A stretch of 64,000 nt of DNA from Dehalococcoidia bacterium (GTDB lineage Bacteria > Chloroflexota > Dehalococcoidia > GIF9 > UBA5629). The position numbers and the translations under genes are program-made. The notes under the pieces are model-generated. The model did no database searches, was not told the origin of the DNA, and was given only the letters and a program-made list of their open reading frames with translations. Positions 1 through 8,111 of this stretch are shown here, one piece after another; position 1 is the first letter of the stretch, and each line of letters opens with the position of its first letter. Where the stretch lies: positions 107,474 through 171,473 of the forward strand of contig JBAZEK010000001.1 of NCBI GenBank assembly GCA_041653995.1, read 5' to 3'.

Positions 1-648
1 ATATGGACAAAGCTGGATCCGGAGGATTTCACAATACAGAGGTTCGTGGCCCGGCCGGAGGTTAGAAAGATGCAATGGAAGCTCCTGGCTGAAGGAGGGC
101 TGGTTAAAAATGTGAAGCCTAACGCAGCTCATTTCGCCGTAGCAGGCATGGACAAGCTGGGTAAGCTTGACTGTGTTGTGACGCAGAATATCGATAACCT
201 CCATCAGATGGCCGGCGTGCCTGATGAAAAGGTATTCGAGTTACACGGCAACATGCAGTACGTCCGTTGCCTGGGCTGCCGCAAGCGCTTTCCTATGGAC
301 GAGATAATATCGCGACTTGTAAATGAAGAGTTGCCGGAGTGCGAGGCGTGCAAGGGCATACTAAAACCTGACGCCGTATATTTCGGAGAGATGTTACCGC
401 AGGCTGTTCTTAGCGAGGCCTCCCGCCGGGCAAACCTGTGCGACCTCTGCATCGTAATAGGATCCACACTGGTGGTATACCCTGCGGCTTATATCCCTGA
501 ATATGCATTTAATGCAGGGGCAAAGATCGTTATCATCAATATAGGGTCCACGCCCATGGATTCCAGGGCGGCTGTACGCGTCGAAGGTAAGGCCGGCGAA
601 GTCATGGGGAGGGTGATGGACTATGTTAGAGCCAGAATCAATCAATGA
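1..648 (+). CDS. cobB: NAD-dependent protein deacylase, Sir2/CobB family (5' end outside window)
   Basis: Frame 1 is open from nt 1, so the track start at 46 is only an internal GTG. Sir2 motifs QNIDNLH and FELHG are present, with a Zn ribbon CLGC...CEAC. Confidence 0.85.
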   Translation: MWTKLDPEDFTIQRFVARPEVRKMQWKLLAEGGLVKNVKPNAAHFAVAGMDKLGKLDCVVTQNIDNLHQMAGVPDEKVFELHGNMQYVRCLGCRKRFPMDEIISRLVNEELPECEACKGILKPDAVYFGEMLPQAVLSEASRRANLCDLCIVIGSTLVVYPAAYIPEYAFNAGAKIVIINIGSTPMDSRAAVRVEGKAGEVMGRVMDYVRARINQ

Positions 649-653
649 GTTTA

Positions 654-682
654 TTGACAAGGCAGCAATACAATGTTAGATT
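654..682 (+). promoter_or_regulatory. putative sigma70-type promoter for the lipoprotein gene
   Basis: TTGACA (654-659), a 17-nt spacer, then TAGATT (677-682). It lies downstream of the cobB stop. If used, it excludes the ATG at 673 as a start. Confidence 0.35.
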
Positions 683-714
683 GTGAGAAATATCATACGC
701 ATGGAGGTGTCGAT

Positions 715-1887
715 TTGAAAAGGGCTGCTATAGCCATCCTGATGCTGGCAATACTGGTTGCAGGATGTGCGAGACCGGCGGTTAATACCAAATTGGCTCC
801 TCTCGCTTATATCGATTCCGTGTCTTCGCCACAGGTTTACGTCGGCGAGAAGATCAAATTCAGCGGGCATGCCATTTCATCTGAAGGGCAGATAGTAGGC
901 TATAACTGGCGTTCAAGTATTAACGGGAATCTTAGCCAGTTGGCCTCGTTTGAGACCGATTCACTGACGGCAGGGCAGCATACGATCTGGTTCAAGGCGC
1001 AGGACAATTACGGCAACTGGTCAAATGAGGTTGGTACGAACGTAATCGTGCTTATCTCCGGCGGCCCGGAAAAAATGGCCATCAAGTTGTTTACGGCTAC
1101 GCCGCCTGAAATCAAGGAAGGGGAGTGGTCCACACTTACCTGGGACGTGAGCGGATCCGGCACGGTGCGCATAGATCCCGATATCGGCGGTGTGTCCATG
1201 TCCGGCAGCCGGTCGGTTCAGCCTAATACGGATACCGTTTATACCATCTTTGCCAGGAATGATGAGGGGACCATGACGGCCAATACCAGGGTACTGGTAA
1301 CTCCTCTGCACGTGTATACTACCACCCTGTATTCCGTCGCTGCCGAGGACGGCACGGTCAGAAAGGACAAAGTCGTCCTGGACGGTGTTTTGGTCGGACA
1401 GAACGATTTGCAGATACAGATGCAGGGCTTTCTGAGCTTCGATATATCTTCCATCCCAAGAAACGCTATTATCAAGGGTGTGGATCTGGATATCTCGAAA
1501 TCAGTCGTGGTCAACTCACCCTTCCCGTGGCAGGGCTCGCTTAATATTTATAATCAGCAGTATGGCAGCAATTTGCGGCCAAGTGATTACATGGTTATAG
1601 TTCCCGCCGGATACCTTTACAGCTGGAACTACAATTATGTGGCAACTATGATGCCGAGCACGCCGTTCACCTCACCGGATTTCGTTGCCACTGTACAGAA
1701 GCAGCTCGATGCAGGCAGCGACCGCTATCAGATCCGTCTGCAGTTCGAGAAATACTATTATTACAGCCGTGCTGATTATACAGCCCAGCTGTATTCGACT
1801 GTTAAGAGCGGTGAAAGCAGCGCTAACTATCTTGACATCAGCGCAGGCAATGCGAAATTGATTGTCCGCTACGTGATTCCAGAGTAA
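715..1887 (+). CDS. secreted lipoprotein with PKD/Ig-like modules and a C-terminal FLSFD-motif domain
   Basis: The track ORF is 673..1887. I prefer the TTG at 715, which is preceded by GGAGG (703-707). The lipobox is LVAGC. It is a paralog of the next gene. Confidence 0.75.
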   Translation: MKRAAIAILMLAILVAGCARPAVNTKLAPLAYIDSVSSPQVYVGEKIKFSGHAISSEGQIVGYNWRSSINGNLSQLASFETDSLTAGQHTIWFKAQDNYGNWSNEVGTNVIVLISGGPEKMAIKLFTATPPEIKEGEWSTLTWDVSGSGTVRIDPDIGGVSMSGSRSVQPNTDTVYTIFARNDEGTMTANTRVLVTPLHVYTTTLYSVAAEDGTVRKDKVVLDGVLVGQNDLQIQMQGFLSFDISSIPRNAIIKGVDLDISKSVVVNSPFPWQGSLNIYNQQYGSNLRPSDYMVIVPAGYLYSWNYNYVATMMPSTPFTSPDFVATVQKQLDAGSDRYQIRLQFEKYYYYSRADYTAQLYSTVKSGESSANYLDISAGNAKLIVRYVIPE

Positions 1888-1977
1888 AGCCGAAGCGACG
1901 GCGACAGCTAAACATTAACTCAGCTTTTCCGTTATCCTTTTTATAACCGGGATAATTACATCCCAGGAGGACTCACC

Positions 1978-2886
1978 ATGAAGAAATTAATGATTACTCT
2001 ATTATTGGTCTTTGTATTACTGTCAGGGTGCTTGTATTTGCCCGGTACCTTTCCTCAGACGACGGCTGAGACGGACAAACCTGTCGTGGCAACCTTTGCG
2101 GTTGACCCAGCGATAGTGACCGAGGGGCAGAACACTGTTCTGAGCTGGATTGTGACGGGCGCCCAGATGGTCAGCATAGATAATGGTATCGGACCGGTGC
2201 CCCTGAGCGGCACGAGATCCATCATGCCGTACGCAACTACGATTTATAATCTTACGGCATCGAATTCAGTCGGAAGCAGCACGGCGACTGCTACGGTGAC
2301 AGTTGTGGGCGGGCTCAGTGTTCAGCAGGGTATGGAGATGGCCGCCGTATTGAATATAATACCAAATGAGAGCGGATCGCTAACTAAAAGCGGCGCGAAT
2401 TATGCTCGTTCAAGCGCTGTCTGCGCGGGAGATAATCCCGCGAACCAGGCCGTCCGGGCGTTCTTGAGTTTTGATCTGACGACGCTGCCGCCTACGGCAG
2501 AGATCGGCCGGGAGGTTCTTGATTTAACTGAATACTCGATCGTGGGTAATCCTACTTACAGCGGTGCCACCTGGGGCAATATGGGCGCTCTCGAGATATA
2601 TCAGTATCAGTACGGCTCAATGGGCAGCCTGGGAAGAGTGGCCTATGAGTCCGCAGCGCCCGCCGTGGGAAGCGTGAAGCTGATGGCTGTGCAGAGAACG
2701 GACCCGCTTCTGATTGATGTTACACTGGACGATCATGGAAATAATATGATACAGAAGCTTCTTTCCAGCGATCAGGGGAGATGCCAGTTCAGGCTGGGGT
2801 TCTTCACTTCCACCAACTGGGACAGCGTGGCTGACATGATCTGCCTGGACAGGGCCGTATTAAGGATCACATACAAGGTACCCTGA
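1978..2886 (+). CDS. secreted lipoprotein, paralog of 715..1887 (Ig-like module plus FLSFD-motif domain)
   Basis: GGAGG lies 7 nt upstream of the ATG. The lipobox is LLSGC. Motifs are colinear with the preceding gene. Confidence 0.8.
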   Translation: MKKLMITLLLVFVLLSGCLYLPGTFPQTTAETDKPVVATFAVDPAIVTEGQNTVLSWIVTGAQMVSIDNGIGPVPLSGTRSIMPYATTIYNLTASNSVGSSTATATVTVVGGLSVQQGMEMAAVLNIIPNESGSLTKSGANYARSSAVCAGDNPANQAVRAFLSFDLTTLPPTAEIGREVLDLTEYSIVGNPTYSGATWGNMGALEIYQYQYGSMGSLGRVAYESAAPAVGSVKLMAVQRTDPLLIDVTLDDHGNNMIQKLLSSDQGRCQFRLGFFTSTNWDSVADMICLDRAVLRITYKVP

Positions 2887-2889
2887 ATC

Positions 2890-3147
2890 TCACCCGGGCT
2901 TCATCTCCTCGATATCAAAACGGAAGTTCTCGATAACCGGATTGGCCAGCAGCTTTTTACACATATCCTGTAGTTCAGCCCGCGCTTTTTCCATGTCCCC
3001 GGCTGCAATTTTTATCTCGATGTATTTGCCGGCCCTGACCTCTTCCACATCTTTGAAACCCAGGGTATGAAGGGCGCCTTTGATGGTTAATCCCTGCGGA
3101 TCGTTCACGGTCGGCTTTAGCGTTATGTAGACTTTAGATAAATACAT
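2890..3147 (-). CDS. purS: phosphoribosylformylglycinamidine synthase subunit PurS
   Basis: 85 aa with VYITLKPTVNDPQGLTIKGALHTLGF, typical of PurS. It overlaps purC by 14 nt. Confidence 0.9.
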   Translation of the reverse strand: MYLSKVYITLKPTVNDPQGLTIKGALHTLGFKDVEEVRAGKYIEIKIAAGDMEKARAELQDMCKKLLANPVIENFRFDIEEMKPG

Positions 3148-4045
3148 TCTTAAACTTCCTTCCGGTCAGCAGTGTATATGCATCTTGATAACGTTCCGTC
3201 GTTGCTGCAACAACATCCGCGGGCAGGGCCGGCGCCGGTTTTTTACGGTTCCAACGCGAGGCAATCAGCCAATCCCTGACCGGCTGCTTATCGAAGCTTG
3301 GCTGAGATTGCCCCGGCTCATACTGGCCGGCATCCCAGAACCGGCTTGAGTCGGGTGTGAGTACTTCATCAATCAGTATAAGTTCCTTATCATGAAAACC
3401 GAACTCGAATTTAGTATCGGCTATGATGATACCGCGCTCCATGGCATATGAACGCGCGTAACTGTAGATCTCCAGGCTTTTGGCTTCGATCTTACGGGCT
3501 GTCCTCTCTCCTACCAGATCGACCAGTCCTTTGGGAGACAGGGGCAGGTCATGGCCGATTGCCGCCTTGGTAGTGGGTGTAAAAATAGCTTCCGGCAGCT
3601 CCTGGCTTTCCCGTAAACCTTTGGGCGCTTTTCTCCCGTTGATTGTCCCTTTTTTGCTGTACTCTGCCCAGGCTGAACCGGCAATATACCCTCTGACTAC
3701 ACACTCCACCGGCAAGCGCTCCGCCTTAAGAACAGCCATCGAGCGGCCGAGCAGCAGTTCGGGCAACGGTCTTTTCCAGGGGGAATATTTCGATAGCGCC
3801 CTGCGGCTCTCAATCGATTCAACCATATGATTATGTATGATATGATAGGTTTTCCCGAACCAGAAAGCCGATACTTGATTAAGCACTATCCCCTTATCCG
3901 GTATGCCATTGGGAAGTACCACATCGAAGGCGGAGATGCGATCGGTGGCTACTATCAGGAGTTTGTCCCCGACCTGATAGGTATCCCTGACCTTGCCTTT
4001 TCCGTACAGGGGTAATTTCAATGAGCTGTCGAATAACATGTTCAA
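3134..4045 (-). CDS. purC: phosphoribosylaminoimidazole-succinocarboxamide synthase (SAICAR synthase)
   Basis: The N-terminus YGKGKVRDTYQVGDKLLIVATDRISAFD and the C-terminal LIDEVLTPDSSRFW are PurC hallmarks. Confidence 0.95.
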   Translation of the reverse strand: MNMLFDSSLKLPLYGKGKVRDTYQVGDKLLIVATDRISAFDVVLPNGIPDKGIVLNQVSAFWFGKTYHIIHNHMVESIESRRALSKYSPWKRPLPELLLGRSMAVLKAERLPVECVVRGYIAGSAWAEYSKKGTINGRKAPKGLRESQELPEAIFTPTTKAAIGHDLPLSPKGLVDLVGERTARKIEAKSLEIYSYARSYAMERGIIIADTKFEFGFHDKELILIDEVLTPDSSRFWDAGQYEPGQSQPSFDKQPVRDWLIASRWNRKKPAPALPADVVAATTERYQDAYTLLTGRKFKNVFI

Positions 4046-4055
4046 GATACAACTC

Positions 4056-5378
4056 CTATCTCTTTATCTGCGATTTACGCGTTTTCTTGAGCAAACCCAA
4101 ACGCTCAAACACCGTATCGATATGCTTGAGGAAGCGCCGGTAATCAAATAAATCGTCCAGTTCCTTTGCATTCAGGCGGCTGGAAACATCGGGATCTGAT
4201 TTCAGCAATTTAAGGAAAGGAGTCCTGGATTTCCATGCTTCCATGGCATTGCGCTGCGTCAGTTCATAGGCCTTCTGACGGCTGAGACCTTTGCTCACCA
4301 GGGCGAGCATGACATTCTGTGAAAATACCAGGCCCTGAGTTATCTCGAGGTTGCGTTTCATATTTTCAGGATAGACCTGCAAGCCCTTCATAACGCCGGT
4401 GAACAGGCTTAAAATATAATCGAGGGCAAGGCAGGCGTCAGGCAAGATCACGCGCTCATTGGATGAATGGCTGATATCACGTTCATGCCAGAGCGCCATG
4501 TTCTCAAGTGCGGTCACGGAATAGCCCCTGATCAAGCGTGAAAGTCCGCAAACTCTCTCGCAGAGCTCGGGATTACGTTTATGCGGCATGGCGGATGAGC
4601 CCGTCTGGCCTTTGGCAAATGGTTCCTCTGCCTCCAGGATCTCCGTCCTTTGCAGGGACCTGATCTCCGTAGCAAACCTTTCGAGAGAGCTCGCAGCGAT
4701 GGCAAGCGTGGTTATAAGCTGGGCGTGGCGATCACGCTGGATCACCTGATTCGAGATAGGCGCGCAGGCCAGCCCGAGAGCGGCGCAGGCTTTGGCCTCG
4801 ATATCCGGTGATACAGTGGCATATGTACCTACAGCACCGGATATCTTGCCCACGATGATGACTTTTTTGGCCTCTTCCAGCCTGGCATAGTTTCGTTTCA
4901 TCTCCTGCGCCCACAGAGCCATCTTCAGCCCGAACGTTATCGGCTCGGCGTGTACTCCATGCGTACGACCTATCATGATCGTGTCCTTGTTGGAGACAGC
5001 TCTGTCCTCGAGCACCGTGACAAGCGAGGCCATATCCTCTAAAAGCAGGTCAACAGCCTCGCGAATTTGCAGCGCCTGAGCTGTGTCTATTATATCCGAG
5101 GAGGTCAGGCCGAGATGGATATAACGCGAATCCTCTCCCACCGTTTCGCCCACGGCGTTCAGGAAGGCGGTCACGTCGTGATGGGTGACCTTGAGTATCT
5201 CTGCCATGCGGTCGAAATCGACGCTGGCCTTACTGATATTTTGCAGAGCCGATTTGGGTATCCGTCCGACATCAGCCCAGGCTTCGCATACGGCAATTTC
5301 AACCTGCAGCCATTTGTCGAACTTATTTTTGTCCGACCAGATTTTTTTCATTTTCGGGCGTGAATAGCGTTCAATCAT
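4056..5378 (-). CDS. purB: adenylosuccinate lyase
   Basis: 440 aa with the fumarate-lyase signature SSAMPHKRNP. The N-terminus MIERYSRPKMKKIW is typical of PurB. Confidence 0.95.
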   Translation of the reverse strand: MIERYSRPKMKKIWSDKNKFDKWLQVEIAVCEAWADVGRIPKSALQNISKASVDFDRMAEILKVTHHDVTAFLNAVGETVGEDSRYIHLGLTSSDIIDTAQALQIREAVDLLLEDMASLVTVLEDRAVSNKDTIMIGRTHGVHAEPITFGLKMALWAQEMKRNYARLEEAKKVIIVGKISGAVGTYATVSPDIEAKACAALGLACAPISNQVIQRDRHAQLITTLAIAASSLERFATEIRSLQRTEILEAEEPFAKGQTGSSAMPHKRNPELCERVCGLSRLIRGYSVTALENMALWHERDISHSSNERVILPDACLALDYILSLFTGVMKGLQVYPENMKRNLEITQGLVFSQNVMLALVSKGLSRQKAYELTQRNAMEAWKSRTPFLKLLKSDPDVSSRLNAKELDDLFDYRRFLKHIDTVFERLGLLKKTRKSQIKR

Positions 5379-5389
5379 ATCTACCTGCC

Positions 5390-5848
5390 TTACGCCTCAG
5401 CCAGCCTGCGTTTGTATTCTGCAAAAGAGCTTTTGATCTGTTCGAACTTAATCCCCAGTACCTGGACGGCCAGCAGGGCTGCATTCTTAACTCCGGCCGA
5501 GCCAATGCCTGTGCAGGCAACCGGGACCCCACCCGGCATTTGTACGATAGAATAGAGTGAGTCCACACCTTTCAGATCGCTGGTAGGCAAAGGCACCCCG
5601 ATAACAGGTAAAGCTGTCCACGAAGCGATCACTCCGGGCAGATGGGCTGCGCTGCCTGCGGCAGCAATTATGACCTCGTAACCTTTAGAGCCTGCTTCAA
5701 GGGCATACTGGCGCACCCTGTCCGGCTTGCGGTGTGCGGATAATATGTCTATATCGTACTCGATTTTAAATTCCTTAAATACAGCGAGAGCAGGCTGAAT
5801 ATACTCCTCATCCGTCTTGCTCCCTATCACGATACCAACCAGCGCCAT
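5390..5848 (-). CDS. purE: 5-(carboxyamino)imidazole ribonucleotide mutase
   Basis: The track ORF 5390..5890 is trimmed to the ATG at 5846-5848 (MALVGIVIGSKTDEE). That ATG overlaps the purD stop by 1 nt (TGATG). The AAGSAAHLPGV motif is present. Confidence 0.9.
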   Translation of the reverse strand: MALVGIVIGSKTDEEYIQPALAVFKEFKIEYDIDILSAHRKPDRVRQYALEAGSKGYEVIIAAAGSAAHLPGVIASWTALPVIGVPLPTSDLKGVDSLYSIVQMPGGVPVACTGIGSAGVKNAALLAVQVLGIKFEQIKSSFAEYKRRLAEA

Positions 5849-7113
5849 CAATTCACCTCCCTCGCCGCAATGTCCCGCCGGAAGTGGCATCCCTTAAAAT
5901 CGATATGCGGTATATTGCGATATACTTTCTCACTGGCCTCTTTTAGAGTACGGCCTGTAGCCGTTACCGTTAAGACCCGGCCCCCGCTGGTAACGATCTT
6001 GCCGTCATTGCATTCTGCTGCTCCCGCAAAGAATATGTTGATGTCTTTTTCCAATCTGTCGGATATGCTGATGGGGAGATCCGTGCGGTAGCTGCCTGGG
6101 TATCCGCCCGATGCCAGGACCACGCCCACGCATGCATCACGGCTCCAGTCGATCTTCATCCGGTCCAGCCTGCCGTCCAACACAGCCAGCATGATCTCTA
6201 CCAGATCGGACTCCAGCCTCGGCAGTATCACCTGTGTTTCAGGATCGCCGAAGCGGGCGTTGAACTCCAGAACTTTTGGTCCCTGCTGTGTGATGATCAA
6301 CCCCGTATAAAGGACACCCCTGTAGGGTGATCCTTCTTTAGCCATGGCGGACACAGTGGGTCGGATGATATCCTCAAGTACCCGGTCGGTCATATCCTGA
6401 TTGAAAAAACCGGGTGGGCTGTAGCTGCCCATTCCTCCGGTATTGGGGCCCTGGTCATCATCGAAAACCCTCTTATAGTCGCAGGCCGGCACCATCGCGA
6501 CAACGTTTACACCGTCGCTGAAGGCTAACAGACTTACCTCTCTGCCGAGCAGACACTCCTCGACAATCACTTTGTCTCCGGCTGATCCGAAGGCACGGTC
6601 TTTCATGATTGAATTGAGCGCACCAATAGCTTCAGCAAGGTTCTTTGCCACGGTTACGCCCTTGCCGGCAGCCAATCCATCAGCCTTAACAACGATGGGC
6701 ATATCATGTGTCTCAATATACTTTTTGGCCTTGCTAAAGCTGGTAAAGGTCTGGCCTTCGGCACAGGGCACATTGTTTCTTTGCATGATGTCGCGGGCGA
6801 AAGATTTGCTTGATTCAAGGCGCGCAGCAGCCATGGACGGGCCGAAAACAGGTATACCGGCCTGGTCGAAAAGGTCTGTGATCCCCGCCGCCAGAGGAGC
6901 TTCGGGGCCAACTACCGCGAGTCCGATTCCGAGCTCGCGGGCCTTTTCAACTATCGAGGATATATCGTTTAAAGGTATGGCCAGGTTGCTGGCCAATTTA
7001 CCGGTGCCGGCATTTCCCGGAACGGCATATATCGCATCGACGCGGGGGCTGCGGGCAATTTTCCATACGAGGGTATGTTCACGCGCCCCGTTGCCGATAA
7101 CCAGTACCTTCAA
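5848..7113 (-). CDS. purD: phosphoribosylamine-glycine ligase
   Basis: The TTG start at 7113 is preceded by GGTGGAG. The product begins MKVLVIGNGAREH, and its ATP-grasp length is 421 aa. Confidence 0.95.
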   Translation of the reverse strand: MKVLVIGNGAREHTLVWKIARSPRVDAIYAVPGNAGTGKLASNLAIPLNDISSIVEKARELGIGLAVVGPEAPLAAGITDLFDQAGIPVFGPSMAAARLESSKSFARDIMQRNNVPCAEGQTFTSFSKAKKYIETHDMPIVVKADGLAAGKGVTVAKNLAEAIGALNSIMKDRAFGSAGDKVIVEECLLGREVSLLAFSDGVNVVAMVPACDYKRVFDDDQGPNTGGMGSYSPPGFFNQDMTDRVLEDIIRPTVSAMAKEGSPYRGVLYTGLIITQQGPKVLEFNARFGDPETQVILPRLESDLVEIMLAVLDGRLDRMKIDWSRDACVGVVLASGGYPGSYRTDLPISISDRLEKDINIFFAGAAECNDGKIVTSGGRVLTVTATGRTLKEASEKVYRNIPHIDFKGCHFRRDIAAREVN

Positions 7114-7133
7114 ACCGGAGTCTCCACCTTAAT

Positions 7134-7226
7134 CTACGCAGTTATCTTCTTGACTATGTTGCGTTTGCTGCTTTTGGTTTTACCGCGGTTCTTTTTAGCA
7201 GCCTTTAGCTTTGGTTTGTGTGCCAT
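7134..7226 (-). CDS. possible 30-aa highly basic small protein (MAHKPKLKAAKKNRGKTKSSKRNIVKKITA)
   Basis: It is not on the ORF track because it is under 60 aa. The ATG lies 7 nt after the upstream stop, with AAGG about 12 nt upstream. The TAG stop lies 20 nt before the purD TTG. It fills an otherwise empty 120-nt gap inside an operon. Confidence 0.3.
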   Translation of the reverse strand: MAHKPKLKAAKKNRGKTKSSKRNIVKKITA

Positions 7227-7233
7227 TTTCTCA

Positions 7234-7494
7234 CTACCTTAACTCTTTATTCAATTTTTCAGCCTGTACAGGATCAAGCAAGCTCAGTATGTGTAAAAGC
7301 CTTGCCACATGAGTCTTTTTGTCTTCGAGTATCTGTTCGATGGTGTCAGCCGCATCTTCATTTTCGATCATCTCAACCTGAGCTTCATACTCGTTGATTG
7401 ATTTGAACTCGGCGATCAGGTCATCGCGTATCATCTCGAGGTCCATCGAACTCTCGATTGCTTCCTCCTGTTCTTCAAAAGCTTCAAATGCCAT
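7234..7494 (-). CDS. small acidic two-helix protein, ferritin-like (EncFtn-like) by motif spacing; function unknown
   Basis: GGAGGA lies upstream of the ATG. The 86-aa product contains SINEYEAQV...(13 aa)...LEDKKTHVARLL, which recalls the encapsulated-ferritin helix pair, but the canonical ExxH is not conserved. Confidence 0.6.
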   Translation of the reverse strand: MAFEAFEEQEEAIESSMDLEMIRDDLIAEFKSINEYEAQVEMIENEDAADTIEQILEDKKTHVARLLHILSLLDPVQAEKLNKELR

Positions 7495-7570
7495 AGTATC
7501 CTCCGGGAGTTAAACCACATGGGGTATCAACGCGAAAATAGCCTTTATTGCTTGGCAAAATCGCCTAAAA

Positions 7571-7599
7571 AGTATATATTTTCAGGCGTTTTTAATCAA
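7571..7599 (-). promoter_or_regulatory. sigma70-type promoter of the EncFtn-like/pur operon
   Basis: On the minus strand: TTGATT (7599-7594), a 17-nt spacer, then TATACT (7576-7571). It sits about 75 nt upstream of the ATG at 7494. Confidence 0.5.
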
Positions 7600-7612
7600 G
7601 GGACAGAATGTA

Positions 7613-7768
7613 TCAGGCGTTGCTCGGGATGGCTTTAAGCAGTCTGTCTCTCAGGGAATTTATTGCATCGGAGCTGTACCTCTCGATGTGCTCCTCGTCG
7701 CAGAGCGCGGCAAGGCGCGGATCTACAGGTATCCTGGCCAATAGTGGCGCGCCGGCAGCCTTTGCTCG
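7613..7768 (-). pseudogene. start-less 51-codon ORF resembling the C-terminus of a MinD/Mrp-type P-loop ATPase (gene remnant?)
   Basis: The translation is RAKAAGAPLLARIPVDPRLAALCDEEHIERYSSDAINSLRDRLLKAIPSNA*. It has no ATG or GTG start. It begins directly after, and in frame with, the TAG stop of the PRC-barrel gene. Confidence 0.3.
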
Positions 7769-8020
7769 CTATTTCTTGACTGATTTTTTCAGATCGGAGC
7801 CGGATAACCTGAGGATGACGGCATCTCCGACCGTTACGATGTCATCGAGCTTGATCTTGTATTTGTCTCTAAGGCCGGCGTTTATAACCGCATACTTTAC
7901 GGTTCCTGAAACAATGTCGATGTCCAGGTCGCCTATTTTGCCTATCTTATCGCCGCGTGAACCTAGAACTTCTTTTCCCAGCAATTTCTTTACGAGCATA
8001 TTACCTCCGCGTTTCCACAC
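7769..8020 (-). CDS. PRC-barrel domain protein
   Basis: 83 aa with LLGKEVLGSRGDKIGKIGDLDIDIVSGTVKYAVI, typical of a PRC barrel. Confidence 0.8.
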   Translation of the reverse strand: MWKRGGNMLVKKLLGKEVLGSRGDKIGKIGDLDIDIVSGTVKYAVINAGLRDKYKIKLDDIVTVGDAVILRLSGSDLKKSVKK

Positions 8021-8111
8021 TTACCGGTATTGAATTTTTGTTCTTTATTATACAATTATTACCTGAACCAACAAGAAAGAGTGATCAAATCCAGCAGGCT
8101 ATGGGAGGATT

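Noticed and set aside
1-648. The Sir2-domain gene as a possible anti-phage defence component (Thoeris/DSR-like).
   Set aside because: It is a short CobB-type deacylase with the intact Zn ribbon (CLGC...CEAC) and NAD-binding motifs. It has no fused effector or sensor domain and no partner gene. Its neighbours are lipoproteins and pur genes.
7234-7494. An encapsulin nanocompartment system inferred from the EncFtn-like protein.
   Set aside because: No HK97-fold shell gene lies anywhere in the window. The ExxH motif is not conserved and there is no recognisable cargo-loading peptide. Only the weaker claim of an orphan ferritin-like protein is kept.
7769-7771. The TAG at the end of the PRC-barrel gene as a pyrrolysine or programmed readthrough codon.
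   Set aside because: No pyl genes or pyrrolysine-type methyltransferases are visible. In-frame continuation has a one-in-three chance expectation. The downstream peptide looks like a fragment of an unrelated ATPase. It is treated as a remnant.
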